This document shows, piece after piece, positions 1 to 14,600 of a stretch of 64,000 bases of DNA. Position numbers and translations under genes: made by a program. Below the pieces are notes generated by a model. That model worked only from the letters and a program-made list of their open reading frames with translations. It ran no database searches and was not told the origin of the DNA. The DNA is from Paraspadella gotoi (taxonomy: Eukaryota; Animalia; Chaetognatha): NCBI GenBank assembly GCA_051294375.1, contig CM119271.1, positions 2,787,611-2,851,610 of the forward strand. Direction: 5' to 3'. The number at the start of each line of letters is the position of its first letter. Positions within the stretch are counted from its first letter, which is position 1.

Positions 1-3000
1 CACGAGCTGATTCGAGCCTTCTCGGAGGGCAACAGTGAATCGAAGGGCCGAAAAGTCCTTGCCAACCCAAATAAACCGAGACTTGCAGGAAAGAAGAATT
101 GCTTTCAAAATTACTAAAAAAAATTGCTCTCTGCTTGTCGTCGATCGAAGCCCATTTTTTGTTCGCTTTGTTTTCAGTATTAACGAACGTGATCAGAAAC
201 TGTACCAAATGAACGCTTTACTCTTCGTCAAAGTCGAGATTTGACTAAAAACGTTCCGGCCAATAGAGGTTTGACCCGTAAAAAACCATTGCATGTAGCA
301 GTGGACCTAACATGAGGAGGAAACGACAAATGTCCAAAAACTGGCAGACGAGTCGCTGCAGCCGAATGAACAATGAGAATGACCGGTGTCCACCATTTGG
401 TGCCGTGAATATAACTAAAGAAAGACAATGAAAAGTAAGGCAAGTGCCCACCTAGCCGCAGTAATCTGTCTAAAGACAGTCTTCTTAAGTGACCACGCAT
501 GTACTTAATATTATAATGCACAGCTTTTTCATTAAAAATCCCGCCTTCACACAGGCCACGCTCTCTTTCAAGTCTAGCCATTGTTACCAGTTTGGTTTTC
601 CATATTTGCAATTACTTTACTGGTGGACTAAAGATCCATCCTTTCGCGTTGAATCACTCGGCCTAATTGGTGCCTGGATGTTCAAGTCATATCGTCCTCT
701 CCAATCCTTCATTATTAGGTCCGAGTTCTATGCTTCTGGTGGTCTGCTATCAGTAATTGTATGTGTAGTGGCCTTATCAGCTGTCATTGTTAACTTTCGG
801 TTTGTTATATTCAGCCTGATCCGAAGCGTCCAGGAGAGCTAGCTATATATTGAGAGGTTCTATCATTAACACATAACTCGTAGATTACTTTTCTCTCATC
901 GACGTCACTCGCGCAGCGACTAATAAAGGCTGTCAAGTTTATCAAGACGTCCGTCAGCCGACGTGGCCGACGGGGCCCGTTGTGAGACCGTTTTATAAAA
1001 AACAATTCCACCATGTCCCTTTTCCTTCGTTCCGGCATTTTGCTTCGGCCTTTTTGAAAGCCTAATCCTTTTTGTCGTTATTTTTTTTTAGCATCGGTTC
1101 AGCACCCCTCGGGGCCCAGCCAGACACTCCCGCCCCTGCCGGCAGCCCTTCGGTCCTCGTCCTCGTCTCCAGCCTTTCTCTTTGTTTCGACTAGGACGAA
1201 GTTTCCATATTTGTAACAAGGTTTCCTCGCGTCTTTTTCTGCCGTCCGCCATTTTTGTTTCGAAGGCGTGAGGTGACTCGGTTATCTTTTCTTTTCCTTT
1301 GCCCCGGGCGAGAGGTGTTTGAGTTGGCGTGAAGACGAAAGGACAGCCAATGAAGGATAAATTGATCCCGGTTAAACGAAACGCGATTTTAAAACAAAAA
1401 CCTTGTTTTTTATAGTTTTATTAGTTAATTTCATTGAATATCTAGGTTAGTATTGTTATCAACAGGTAAAAATATGAACTGTAATAATATAAATAATTTA
1501 TAACAGTGGATTTTCCTCCCAGTTTTTTTTTAATGAAATAGCGAAAATATTATTTAAATTTAAAATCTAACTGACGTTAAAAACGATATCGCTGTGCCCT
1601 CTTAAAAAAAACAGAGAAAGACTTGAGTTCGTGAGACTCACACACGCCGCGAATTAATCGAATCGACCTTGCACACTTTTTAAACAGCTTCACAACACTT
1701 TTTCTCAAGAGGACTTTCTTTCTGTCCTTCGTTCGGACGCCCTATTGTTTACACTAAAATGTTAATTTTTCTTTTGCCTAATGTCTAGTTCAATTTTTTT
1801 TTTGCCCGTGGAAGTCCGTTCTCCTCCCACGAAACTCACCCATCTCTTACTTCCTTCAATCTCTTCTCTCACATCTTCGCTCTTGCTTCTTCCTGCTCTT
1901 TCTTCTCTCCACCCCTCTTCAACCTCACAACACTTCCAGCATCTCACCATCTCCTAGGGAAACCTTACGAAGGTTCATTTCTTTTTTGCCCTGTTGGACT
2001 TCCACCCCTTTTTTTTAAATCGCTTTCTTCCACAAGCAACAGAACTCCACCAATTAACCTACCCATAACTAACCTCCTCTAAACATTAAAACTCTCATCC
2101 TTAATTGTACCTGGCCCGGGCACGTCAGTCCTAAACCACGGAGTTCGTTAGGCGAGGTGGTCTGCCAACCCATGATACTCCATAATTACACTTTCATTCT
2201 TCATGGTGAAAAACTTATAATATTCTGAACCGAAAGAATTGTTAGTACAACAACACACAACGTACAAAGTCTGTCTCGTAAATAACAGCGGTTAATATCC
2301 CACTTCTCTCTACATTATTGCATCCGCTCCTGCGCTCTTGTTAACTTTTTTCATGCGCATGGTCGTCCGCTCTTCCAAGTTAAGCTTTCCCAGTTTAACT
2401 AAAGCTTACTCTCAGTATCATCTTGTATTCTTCTGTTTCCTCTCATGTTTCCCTCCTCGGCCTTTGCTCTCCCTCCCTCTCTCTTTTTCTCTCTGATACT
2501 TTCTATGCATGACATCAATCACTGTACAACAGGCGCTCAATACACGACGTTTTCAAACGAACTGGATACTACTTATCTCTCTCTCTTCTCTCCTCACTCT
2601 CTCTGCTGCTCTCTCTCGTCTCGTCTCACACACTCCTCTAGCGTGTTTTCTCTCGTTCACGGTTCATTGCAACAGAACAGTCTGAGGCACTCTCGTCGTC
2701 TCAAACATTCATAACTTTAACTCATGATCGTTTTCTGTATCCCCCCCCCGTCACCGGTCCCCCAAGCCCTGGTCCGGATCAAAAAAGGTGAGCGAGCAGT
2801 GAGACACGCGAGAGGGTCTCAAACGTTGAGAACGGAAGAGAAAATGGATTTTTTGATGTCTCGACGGATCATTGGGGAGAACGTCATTGGCGGCGTTAAC
2901 GACGAACGCAACGACGTCGATCATCCGCTACCGAACACCGATGACCGCCTTATCAAATGGGAGATGTAATAACGAACACACAAAAAAAAAAATTATTTCA

Positions 3001-3929
3001 TTCCAAAGTATCGGATTTTTATTTCAATTAATCGCTTGAACGATGTTGAAGATTCTTTGAGTTTAAGTATTAGTAAACTTAAACGTCCTGCCCCCAGCCC
3101 GCTCGCCTGACCCCTCCCCTCCTCCATCCAAATTTTTAAAATAAGGATCGGATGTTGAAAACTTATGTGAATCGATAAAGGGATCCATTATTATGTGGTC
3201 AGTATTCGAGATTTAATTTGATTTTTTTTTATACATTGAATTCCATAGGGAAATCGTATATTGAGAGTGATTCTTTTTTTTTCGCTTTTTTTATCGAACG
3301 TCGGGAAAATCTTTTTCGTAAAATAATTATATATCTATCTTTCATTGAACGTTGCTCAAACCTAGCGAGCTTAAGACTTGTGTATCACTATTCAAAACAT
3401 ATTAAGTCATTCCCTTATAAATCTAGGTGCAGCCTGTTTAAATTGAACGCCTGAATATTTTTTTACAGTTGTTTACCAAATCAATGATCGAAAATCAACA
3501 TTCGAATTGAAAATATACCCTAATTTTATCAAATTTGTTTTTTCTCGTCTGCGTACAGAAACTTTTTTCCTGTTTTTTTTCTTAACTCTTTCGATGTTGG
3601 TTAAGATTTTAACCCAAAAATAACAATTTACCAGGAAAACTGACAAAACCTGGGATTTGAAAGGCTGGAAAAATTGTTTTAGAAAAAGTGAATAAAAAAA
3701 ATTATTATAAAATAAATCGAAACATAGATGAGGCCAGGAAGCAAGGAGTTTATTATGTTTATTGAATATTTTATATTATATTTTATATTATATATTCTAC
3801 CAATTTAACAACAACAACAACATTCAAAAAAAGAAAAGAGGAAAGAAGAAAACAAAACAAAAAATAAACAAAAATAAAAGCGAGAAAATTGACGCTTGTG
3901 CTATAATTTAAAAAAACCGCCCCCCCCGG

Positions 3930-4370
3930 AAAAAAAATTGAAGGAAAATCGAGAAACATCAGATGGAAACGAGAGAAAGAAAAATCTGGGCGAGTGAAAA
4001 ATATGATGATACTTTTTTTGGCTCTATTTCCCGAAAGAACCCAGTTTAAAAAAAATTGAAGGAAAATCGAGAAACATCAGATGGAAACGAGAGAAAGAAA
4101 AATCTGGGCGAGTGAAAAATATGATGATACTTTTTTTGGCTCTATTTCCCGAAAGAACCCAGTTTCAAAAAAATTGAAGGAAAACCGAGAAACATCAGAT
4201 GGAAACGAGAGAAAGGAAAATCTGGGCGAGTGAAAAATATTATGATACTTTTTTTGGCTCTATTTCCCGAAAGAACCCAATTTAAAAAAAAATTGAAGGA
4301 AAACCGAGAGAAAAAAAATCTGGGCGAGTGAAAAATATGATGATACTTTTTTTTAGCTCTATTTCCCGAA
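3930..4370. repeat. ~121-bp tandem minisatellite, ~3.6 units (noisy duplicate at 8030-8600)
   Basis: Unit AAAAAAATTGAAGGAAAATCGAGAAACATCAGATGGAAACGAGAGAAAGAAAAATCTGGGCGAGTG...CCCGAAAGAACCCAGTTT. Confidence 0.9.
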
Positions 4371-4419
4371 ATAACCCCCTTTCAACTTAAATTAAGGATT
4401 TTGAATTTGTTTTTAAGTT

Positions 4420-4550
4420 TAAGGGTTAGGCGATAATTGGGGTTAAGGGTTAGGGTTAATGATTTAGGTCAGGGATTAGGGTAGGGATTTGGTTAGGGAT
4501 TTGGTTAGGGATTTGGTTAGGGATTTGGTTAGGGTTATGGTTGAGGATTA
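4420..4550 (+). repeat. Degenerate interstitial TTAGGG-like repeats, including (TTAGGGATTTGG)x4
   Basis: Directly visible. Similar degenerate tracts at ~46400, ~50900 and ~51730. Confidence 0.7.
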
Positions 4551-4969
4551 AAGTTTATAAAACTTTGCAAAAAATAAGAGACCTAGATATTGGGATTAAA
4601 ATTAAGTTTAAGGGTTAGGAATCAAAATGGGGCGCTCACGGAAAATAGTGCCGATACTTACGGTAGATGGAGAGAAGAGGAAGAGATATTTTTTTTTTCT
4701 AAGAAAACAAAACTCATCCCCGAACATGTCCGTACGTCCGTTCTGCCACCTCCCCCCTCTCTCTTCCCTTTACCGAACCCATCCCACTTTTTCGCCCTCT
4801 AGGGACAGAGAAATCGTGACGATCCGTCGAGGAATCACTTTCTCTCTTTCTCCTCCCTAAATCCTGAGTTGGGTTTTTTTGGGGGGGAGAGGGGAAGCGG
4901 GATGTGAAGGAGGGGTCGGGAAGGGGGGGTCGTATTTGGGGTGTGAAGAAGATGGAGAGAGTTTTAAAA

Positions 4970-5029
<60 letters not shown>

Positions 5030-5101
5030 CTGCAGATTTCCGTTCGAAACGCGAAACCAAGAATAATATAATCGATCTGGAGCAAAGGCGAAGACGCAAG
5101 C

Positions 5102-5187
<86 letters not shown>

Positions 5188-5461
5188 CTTCTCCATTTCA
5201 CACGCTCGTGTAAATTCCCGTTCGAATCTCCTGGAAGGATTTCGCCGTCTGCCGTCTTTATTGTCGTCGTTGTTGTTGTCGTTGTTTGTTGTTGTCGTTG
5301 TCGTCTTTCTGATTGTCTCTTTTCTTTCTAAATGAAGTATTTGTCGCCTTCATTGTCTCTAATTCCTCATTAACTATCGCACTCACTACATCCAACTTCT
5401 CTGAATTGAATTGAATTGAATTGAATTGAATTGAATTGAATTATTCTTTATATATTATACC

Positions 5462-5692
5462 GCTTCATTGATAGGGAGGCTAGGTACTCTGGGAGTGAGT
5501 AAACGGGACTGTGAGAGAGTCTTGATTGAAAGCTTGCAGGGACCTGCTATGTATATTGTATATATATATATATTATATATTGTAAGAGTGATGGAGGCCT
5601 TAAACCACCAAAGCCTGGCCAAAGTCAGGGGCAAGATAGCTTATTTATTAAATGAATGGATATTTTTTATATTGGTTGTACTAATTTCATAA
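5462..5692 (+). mobile_element. Abundant short interspersed repeat family; copies near 9735, 11850-12150, 14770, 18770-19060, 42850, 47420, 51889-52150 (-), 52655 (-) and 53240-53575 (-)
   Basis: Recurring GGACTGTGAGAGAGTCTTGATTGAAAGCTTGCAGGGACCTGCTA...GGGCAAGATAGCTTATTTATTAAATGAAT core in both orientations. Confidence 0.75.
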
Positions 5693-6001
5693 TATATCAG
5701 ATTACCGTCGTTGTTCTCACCGCCTCTACCTTCGCCACTATCACCAATCAATCCTTAATCCTATTCGTCCAACGCCGCTCCTCTCTCTCCCCTTAAAAGC
5801 TTTTTTCGTCGTCGTCGTCGTCGTCGTCATTTTCACGTTATTTTTTTCAAATTCCAGGGATTAGGATTTTTGTCTTTTTTTTTTTTCAAATCAAATTTAC
5901 GGTTGGGATCTTCTTCTGCTAACCCTTACTACTCGTGCCCGCCTATAATTCCCGCCCAAGTTGTTGAGATCTTGGGAACTTTCTTTCTTTCATTCTTTCT
6001 C

Positions 6002-6076
<75 letters not shown>

Positions 6077-6128
6077 CTCTCTCTTTCTTTCCTTTCTTTC
6101 TATTATTGTTTTCTTGATCACCCGCCAG

Positions 6129-6228
6129 GATTCTTTTAAACCGGAAATCGATGAAAACAAAAGGCCGTCGAACGAAATCGCTAAGACGATGAGTGATCAC
6201 GTGACTGTCGATCCAAAGCCACGTGACT
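6129..6228 (+). CDS. Candidate exon, possibly a 5' exon of the BMP3-like gene (noisy copy at ~10419-10520)
   Basis: Long (TTTC)n tract, cgccag acceptor, open frame DSFKPEIDENKRPSNEIAKTMSDHVTVDPKPRD, then T|gtatgt donor. No recognisable motif. Confidence 0.35.
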
Positions 6229-6546
6229 GTATGTGAAGTTATCACGTGTTTGTCTCTTTGTTCTTTACTCGTCTCAAGAAATCTTCCTTTGTCATCTGAA
6301 GAAGGATAAGAAAATATAGTCGTCGGGGAATTCGCTTGATTGATTGATTGGTTGATTGATTGATTGATTGATTGATTTTTGTCAACTTTATTGATCGCTA
6401 GAATAGCGACCATATTGAACAAAATTTTGTTTACTAAGTTTAAAATTCTCACATAATCTTCAAGTTTAATACTAAATTAACTAATACAACTTTCCCTAGA
6501 ATAAGAAAGATACGCAATAGTACGTCTAAAAATTTCACTGTTTATT

Positions 6547-6587
<41 letters not shown>

Positions 6588-7044
6588 TCTCCATCGCCCC
6601 TTCGGATCGGCAATTTTCGCCGACAAAGACAATAGTTAAATAACAAGAAAAAAAATTCTTTTAAAGACTTCGTACAGAATTTCTGACAATTTCTTCTTCT
6701 TTTTCTTTTAATGACCTCTTGTCACATTCTTCGGTTCTAGTTTTTTAACCTTGTTTACCAATGCTCTTTTTAGTTGCGCCGCGAGTACTCGCAAGTCACT
6801 TTTCGGTCGGTCCGTCGGTCGGTATGTCTGTCCGTCTGTCAGTCTTACTTACGTTAAAAATGCATATAATTTCCATATAGTTGGTTGCTCTTTTGTTAAG
6901 ACAGAAAAAAACCTCAAATCTAAGTGACTGCAAGCGACGCCTTCAGGAAATCCTAAAACTAAAATAGAATAAAAGACATATGAGAGTAGATACAGATGAG
7001 ATGAGGAGAGGAGAGGGTATCATATTGAAAATACATATGTCATA

Positions 7045-9224
7045 TCAAAAAAAAAAAAAATTATTTCATTCCAAAGGTATCGATTTTTATTTAATTAAAT
7101 CGCTTGAACGATGTTGAAGATTCTTTGAATTTAAGTATTAGTAAAGCTTAAACGTCCTGCCCCCAGCCCGCCTCGCCTGACCCCTCCATCTGCTCCATCC
7201 CAAGATTTTTAAAATAAGGGATCGGATGCTTGAAAACTTATGTGAATCGATAAAGGGATCCATTATATGTGGTCAAGTATAGAGATTTAAGTTTGGATTT
7301 TTTTTATACAATTGAATTCCATTAGGGTAAATCGTATAGTTGAGAGTGATTCTTTTTTTTTCGCTTTTTTTTATCGACGTTCGGGAAAATCTTTTTCGTA
7401 AAATAATTATATATCTATCTTTCATGTGAACGTTGCTCAAACCTAGGCGACTTTAAGACTTGGTGTATCACTATCAAAACATATTAATCATTCCCTTATA
7501 AATCTAGGTGCCAGACTGTTTAAATTGGAACGCCTGAATATTTTTTTACGTTGTTTACCAAATCAATGATCGAAAATTCAACATTCGAATTGAAATATAC
7601 CCTAATTTTTATCAAGAATTTTGTTTTTTCTCGTCTGCGTACAGAAACTTTTTTTCCTGTTTTTTTTCTTAACTCTTTCGATGTTTGGTGAAGAGTTGTG
7701 TAAACCCAAAAATAACAATTTTTCCAGGAAAACTGACAGGAAAGCCTGGATTTGAAAGGTGGAAAATTGTTTTAGAAAAAGTGAATAAAAAAAATTTATT
7801 ATAAAATAAATCCGAAACATAGATGAGGCCAGGAGAGGATTTTATGTTTATTGAATATTTTATATTATATATTTATATTATATAGATTCTGTAAAATTTA
7901 ACAACAACCAACAACAACTTTCAAAAAAAAGAAAAGAGGAAAGAAGAAAACAAACAAAAAATAAACAAAAAATAAAAAGCGGAAAATTGGACGCTTGTGC
8001 TATAATTTAAAAAAAACCTGCCCCACCCTGGAAAATTGGAAGAATCGAGAACATCAGTATGGAAACGAAGAGAAAGAAAAATCTGGGCGAGTGAAAATAT
8101 ATGATGCATACTTTTTTTTGCCTATGTTCCCGAAAGACACCCAGTTTAAAAAAATTGAAGGAAATCGAGAAACATCAGATGGAAACGAAGAGAAAAAAAT
8201 CGTTGGGCGACGTGAAAAATATGATGATACTTTTATTTGGGCTTCTATTCCCGAAAGAACCCAGTTCAAAAAATTGAAGGGAAAACCGGAGCACATTCAG
8301 ATGGAAACGAGAGAAAGGAAAATCTGGGGCGAGTCAAAAAATATGAATGAACTTTTTTTGCTTATTTCCCGAAAGAACCGCAAGGTTTCAAAAAAAATTG
8401 AAGGAAAAACCGAGAAACATCAGATGGAAACCGAGGAGAAAGGAAAATCTGGGCGAGTGAAAAATATATGCATACTTTTTTTTGGCTCTATTTCGCCGAA
8501 AAGAACCCAATTTAAAAAAAAATTGAAGGAAAATCCGAGAGAAAAAAAATTGGGCGAGTGAAAAATATGATATACTGTTTTTTTAGCTCTATTTCCCGAA
8601 TAACCGCCCCTTTCAACTTAATTAAGGATTTGAATTTTGTTTTTAAATTTAAGGGTATAGAGCGATAATTGGGGTTAAGGGTTAGGGTTAGATTTAGGTT
8701 CAGGGATTAGGTAGGATTTGGTTAGGGATTTGGTTAGGGATTTGGTTAGGGATTTGTAGGGTTATGGTTTGAGTGTTAAAGTTTATAAAACTTTGCAAAA
8801 AATATAAGAGACCTAGATATTGGGATTAAAATTAAGTTATAAGGTTTATGGAATCAAAATGGGCGCTCACGGAAATAGTGCGCGATACTTTACGGTAGTG
8901 GAGAGAAGTAGGAAAGAGAATATTTTTTTTTTTTAAAGAAAACAAAACTCATCCCGAAATGTCCCGTACGTCCGTTCTCTGCACCGTCCCCTCTCTCTTC
9001 CCTTTACCGACCCATCCAACTTTTTCGCCCTCTAGGACAGAGAAAATCCGTGACGATCCGTCGAGGAAGTCAACTTTGCTTCTCTTTCTCGTCCTCCCAA
9101 ATCCTGAGTTGGGTTTTTTTGGGGGGAGAGGGGAAGGCGGGATGTGAAGGGAGGGGTCGGGAAGGGGGGTCGTATTTCGGGTGTGAAAGAAATGGAGAGA
9201 GTTTTAAAAAGGACTCTGCTCTCT

Positions 9225-9275
<51 letters not shown>

Positions 9276-10291
9276 GCAGATTTCCGGTTCGAAGTACGCG
9301 GAAAACCAAGAAATAATATAATCGATCTGGAAGCAAAGGGAGCGGCAAGCACTATCTCTGTCTCTCTCTCTCCTCTCATCCTCTCATCTGTCTCTCTCTC
9401 GTCTCTCGTCTCGTCTCTCTCTCTATCTCTCTCAGTCATCTCTCTCTTCTTCCATTTCACACGCTTCGTGTAAATTCCAGTTCGAAATCTCCTGGAAGGA
9501 TTTCGCCGTCTGCCGTCTTTATTGTCGTCGTTGTTGTTGTCGTTGTTTGTTGTTGTCGTTGTCGTCTTTCTGATTGTCTCTTTTCTTTCTAAATGAAGTA
9601 TTTGTCGCCTTCATTGTCTCTAATTCACTAATTACTATCGCACTCACACTACATCCAACTTCTCTCTGAAATTGAATTGAATTGAATTGAATTGAATTGA
9701 ATTGAATAATTCTTTATAAATTTAACCGCTTCAATTGATAGGGAGGCTAGGTACTCTGGGAGTGAGTAAACGGGACTGTGAGAGAGTCTTGATTGAAAGC
9801 TTGCAGGGACCTGCTATGTATATTGTATATATATATATATTATATATTGTAAGAGTGATGGAGGCCTTAAACCACCAAAGCCCCTGGCCAAAGTCAGGGC
9901 CAAGATAGCTTATTTATTAAATGAATGGATATTTTTTATAGTTGGTTGTACTAATTTCATAATATATCAGATTACCGTCGTTGTTCTCCGCTTAATTCGC
10001 CACTATCAACCAATCAATCCTTAATCCTATCGTCCAACGCCGCTCTCTCTCTCTCCCCTATAAAGCTTTTTTCGTCCGTCGTCGTCGTGTCGGTCATTTT
10101 CACGTTATTTTTTTCAAAATTCAGGGATTAGGATTTTTTGTCTTTTTTTTTTTTTCAAATCAAATTTAACGGTTGGGATCATTCTTCTGCTAACCCTTAC
10201 TACTCGTGCCGCGCCTATAATTCCCGCCCAAGTTGTTGAGATCTTGGGAACTTCTTTCTTTCATTCTTTATCTCTCCTCTTCTCTTTCTTG

Positions 10292-10323
<32 letters not shown>

Positions 10324-11290
10324 ATCTTGTCTTTTTTCTTTTTTTCTTTCTTTCTTTCTTTTCTTTCTCTATCTTTCTTTCCTTTCTTTCTATTATTGTT
10401 TTCTTGATCACCCGCCAGGATTTCTTTTAAACCGGGAAATCGATGAAAAAAAAAGGCCGTCGAACGAAAATCGCTAAGACGATGAGTGACACGTGACTGT
10501 CGATCCAAAGCCACGTGACTGTATGTAAAGTTATCACGTGTTTGTCTCTTTGTTCTTTTTACTCGTCTCAAGAAATCTTTCCTTTGTCATCTGAAAGAAG
10601 ATATAGTAAATATAGTCGTCGGGGAATTCGCTTGATTGATTGATTGGTTGATTGATTGATTGATTGATTGATTTTTGTCAACTTTATTGATCGCTAGAAT
10701 AGCGACCATGTATTGAACAAAATTTTGTTTACTAAGTTTAAAATTCTCACCATAATCTTCAAGTTTAATACTAAATTAACTAATACAACTTCCCCTAGAA
10801 TAAAGAAAGATACTGCAATAGTACGTCTAAAAATTTTCACTGTTTTATTTCGTCGTCGTGTCGTCGTCGTCGTCGTCGTCGTCGTCGTCTCTCCATCGCC
10901 CCTTCGGATCGGCAATTTTCGCCGAACAAAGAACAAATAGTTAAATAACAAGAAAAAAAAATTCTCTTTAAAGACTTTCGTACAGAATTTCTGACAATTT
11001 TCTTCTTCTTCTTTTCTTTAATGACCTCTTGTCACATTCTTCGGTTCTCAGTTTTTTAACACTTGTTTACCAATGCTCTTTTTAGTTGCGCGCGCGAGTA
11101 CTCGCAAGTCACTTTTCGGTCGGTCCGTCGGTCGGTATGTCTGTCCGTCTGTCAGTCTTACTTACGTTAAAAATGCATATAATTTCCATATAGTTGGTTG
11201 CTCTTTTGTTTAAGACAGAAAAAAAACCTCAAATCTAAGTGACTGCAAGCGACGCCTTCAGGAAATCCTAAAACTAAAATAGAATAAAAG
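7045..11290 (+). other. Indel-rich direct duplicate of ~2985-6975 (probable long-read gap-fill artefact)
   Basis: Colinear over ~4 kb. Differences are almost all single-base insertions. Ends next to a 25-N gap. Confidence 0.85.
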
Positions 11291-11628
11291 ACGGAATTTT
11301 GATGCAGTGCATGTCATAAATGTACGGGCTAAGAAAGTTATTGTACTCATGTTATGTTACGTCATGTCTTGTCATGTTCATGTCACAAGAAATACATGTG
11401 ATAAGAATAGTCCNNNNNNNNNNNNNNNNNNNNNNNNNGAATTTTGATTGCCAGTGCATGTCATAATGTACGGGCTAAGAAAAGTTATTGACTCAATGTT
11501 ATGTTACGTTGCATGTCTGTCATGGGGTCATGGTTCACATCTTACAGGGAAATGACACAACTGTGATATAGTATAGTCACTTCTCGCTGGCCTCAACACA
11601 TTTGAATTAGACCGTTCTTGTTTTTTTT
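11078..11628 (+). mobile_element. HINE/DINE-1-like element, same family as 44701-45098 (spans an N gap); partial copies at 6768-6975, 53725-53782, and a 3' end at 18564-18604
   Basis: Same TTTTTAGTTGCGCCGCGAG-type start, GTCY repeats and ...CAAC...CCGTTCTTGTTTTTT end. Confidence 0.6.
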
Positions 11629-14600
11629 AGTCAGAGAGAGAGAGAGAGGGCAGGGCGTTGCTCTGGGGAAGAAAAGGCTATGAAACGTGATTTTTCGTAG
11701 GAATTTTTACCCGGGCCGAGTTATTATTCCGTGATTCGCTCTTCGATAAAATTTTATAAAACAGTGATTTTTTTATTTTTTATAATTGTGGGAGTTATAT
11801 ATAAAAGGGTTGTGTGTGTTGCCTCTAGAGAGGGAAATTACATTGTGTTACAATGTAGGATAGGCACTCATTGATTAATGCAACTCTTTTCATAATTTTA
11901 CATATGAGAACGTTTACAATCAAAAAGGTATCCGGCCTACCCCCTTATAAACCCTCGCTCCTTATCTTCACTTTAGTGAGGGAGGCGGTGTCGTCCTCAA
12001 TATGTATACAACAAGAAATAAGATTCTTTGAAATACAACTATTACTGGCATACGGAGAGTTATCCTGGAGTTAAATAAACTAAGACTGTGAGAGAGTCTT
12101 GAATGAAGCAAAACCGAGACCCTATTATGATAGGTCATTATCTGTAGAGATAAAGAGGATGAAAAGGAAGAGAACTCTTAAAAAGAGTTCAGCAGACAGA
12201 GAGAGAGGAGACAGGAGTATGCAGTGTTCAGGAAAAAAAAACGAAGGCTCTTTCGCACTATTAGTATATCTATGTTTTGTTAGCTTAATGTTCGATTGAA
12301 CTTTGTACCACAACACAAATTAGGCCGAAACGAAGGTATTGCGGTCTAAAAAGCATTTCTCCACACAATTTCTAATGATAAATTCACGCTACGCTATTTT
12401 TGGTCTACAATTTTTTAGCCATAAATAATATTTTATGTCCATTTTTGTCGCATTTTTAATCTTACGCGACTTCTGATTTGAATGCCAAGGAAAGTGGGAG
12501 TGAGAAAATTTTTTTTACTTTGGAAATCCGTCTCTTTCCTTATCTTCTTTACCTCTGGGTAAATTTATTAAGCTTAATGCATTTATAGTTTTAGCCTATA
12601 AATTAATTTTAAAGTTAACAAGTTCAAAAAGTTGGAGTTTTCAGTCTTTATCATAAATGTTGTTAAACAAAAATAAATCAAATTGGTTGAAATTTAACAA
12701 AGAAAATGGCTAGGCCTTATTGAATAAGGGCTTTTAAACCACCTATAAATTCTATCAAAAAAACTTTTGCTGCTCTTAGTGGTCGGCAGCAAATAATTTT
12801 TAAAGACGTCTTTTAATTTGTGACTTTTTTGTGACTTGGGCTACTTTATTTTTGATAAAGAGAAATATTTTCAACTCATTTAATTAGTTTTAAAGATGAG
12901 TACATACTGACGCTTAGATTAATCAAACAAAACACCGGCATCCTTTTAAATCGCAGCTTGGAAAGGCATCAGGACTTGTTTTTTTCTTCAAAATCGACAG
13001 ATTTTGCGGAAAAATTTTACGCAAAATCTCTCATTAACTAATTTGGGCTAGCTTCAAATCTCAAGTATTCGTCAATCGCATCGCAAAATTGAAAGAAAAA
13101 ATCATTCCGCGCTACCAAATTCATTATTTGTCTTTCTTATAAAATGCAATCAACGCATAAACGGGGTATATTTTTCGCATCGCGGTAACAAAAAGATTTC
13201 GGGAATCTTCTTTACCGTTTTTTTAAATTTCAGATTTTTTTTTAAAATCTGCTTTTTCACTTTTTTTCTCACTTTTTTTTTCTTCGCAAACAATTAATTC
13301 CTAATTACTATGCATGAGGAAAGATTTTAATTACAAATATCGAGATTGTATTATTTTATTCCTACATTCTGTCTTCCTCTTTAATCTGCATTCTAATTCA
13401 AATCATCTTCAAATTTGGTAAGAAAGAGTTGTAGAATGATGGGCAGGGATGAGGAGGATGAAGGGCAGATAAGTTGGTCATGAAAATGCAAGAGAGAGAG
13501 AGTGAGAAGAAAAGAAGAGAGACTCTCAAAAATTTCTTCAAGGCAAATGTCTTGAATAAGGTATAGTTTGCGCGCTGTAAACCAATTGTCAGGCAGAAAA
13601 TTGGACTCCGGATATCATAGAATCTAAAATTTATGATAAAAAGACAGAAATTTATGGGCGAAAAGGAAAGTAAAACAACTAAATACGTTCTCAAGGATTT
13701 TCAAAAAGACTGTTCTCATTTCGTCAGCGGCCTTCGCCTATACCCGTGACATATCCGTGAATTTCAGTAATCTCTCGCCAGTTGAAAGGTCTTTCACTCT
13801 TGAATTAAGCCGTATGCGATACAAAAAAAAAATTTCAGGGAAAATTAATAAAACGAAGAAAAGATGACTGTATAATCTCGAATTCGTCATACGCGGTAAA
13901 GAACGTTAAAACTATTCCTTTTCGGTTTTTACCCCGGTTTTAATGGCCGTGAATGCCCTTATTAAAGAATTTCTTTGATTTGGCTCAGTGTAAATGTAGT
14001 GAGAGTGAAAGACGAAAGGGAAAACTTCATAAAAGAGAAGGGGGAGAATGAAAGAGAGGGTGAAATGGCAAAAAACGAAGGCAAATGGGGAAAAAATAGT
14101 GAATACACATTGTAAGGTAACGAAAAGAGGGGAAATGGAAAGAAAAGAGGGGAAAAAAAAGGGAAAGAATGACAAATGAGAAAAAAAGGTGAGGAAGTGA
14201 ATAAGTGACGCGGAAAAAGGTAGGGTCCAAAAAAATGGTAAGTGACAGCGTGAGAAAGTAAGGGAGGAAAGAGGAAAGGAAATATAAAGTAAGAGAAGAG
14301 AGGTGAAGAAAATTAATCAGGAAAAGCGTAATGAAAGAAAAAAAATTGTATCAAGATAATGTGGCGTCTTAGCCCGTAAAATCTTTTGGTGTCAGTAAAA
14401 GAGAGCATGAGGATTCTTATAAGGAATTCGATCTTTAAAATCAATTTGTAGGCCAATAAAAATTCAGCATACTTTTTTCTAAAAATTAAAGTCACGTTAA
14501 TGAGATTAGATTGAACAAGCATTGAAAGAAACACTCGTCTTACCGGTAATTTTTTAACTCATAGAAATTTAACATGGGAAGTTCTAAGTGACTTAAAGAA

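Noticed and set aside
1-1400. Higher-complexity segment with 70-127-aa ORFs, possible transposon relic
   Set aside because: No recognisable motif or consistent frame; cannot be supported without a search.
4420-4550. True telomere or chromosome-fusion site
   Set aside because: Short, degenerate, and recurring as part of dispersed repeats.
4714-5331. Long ORFs made of ER/RE or LS/SL repeats (here and at many other sites)
   Set aside because: Translations of (GA/CT)n microsatellites with no coding signal.
7995-8561. 188-aa repetitive ORF
   Set aside because: Chance frame through the noisy copy of the 121-bp minisatellite. The cleaner copy at 3930-4370 has no such ORF.
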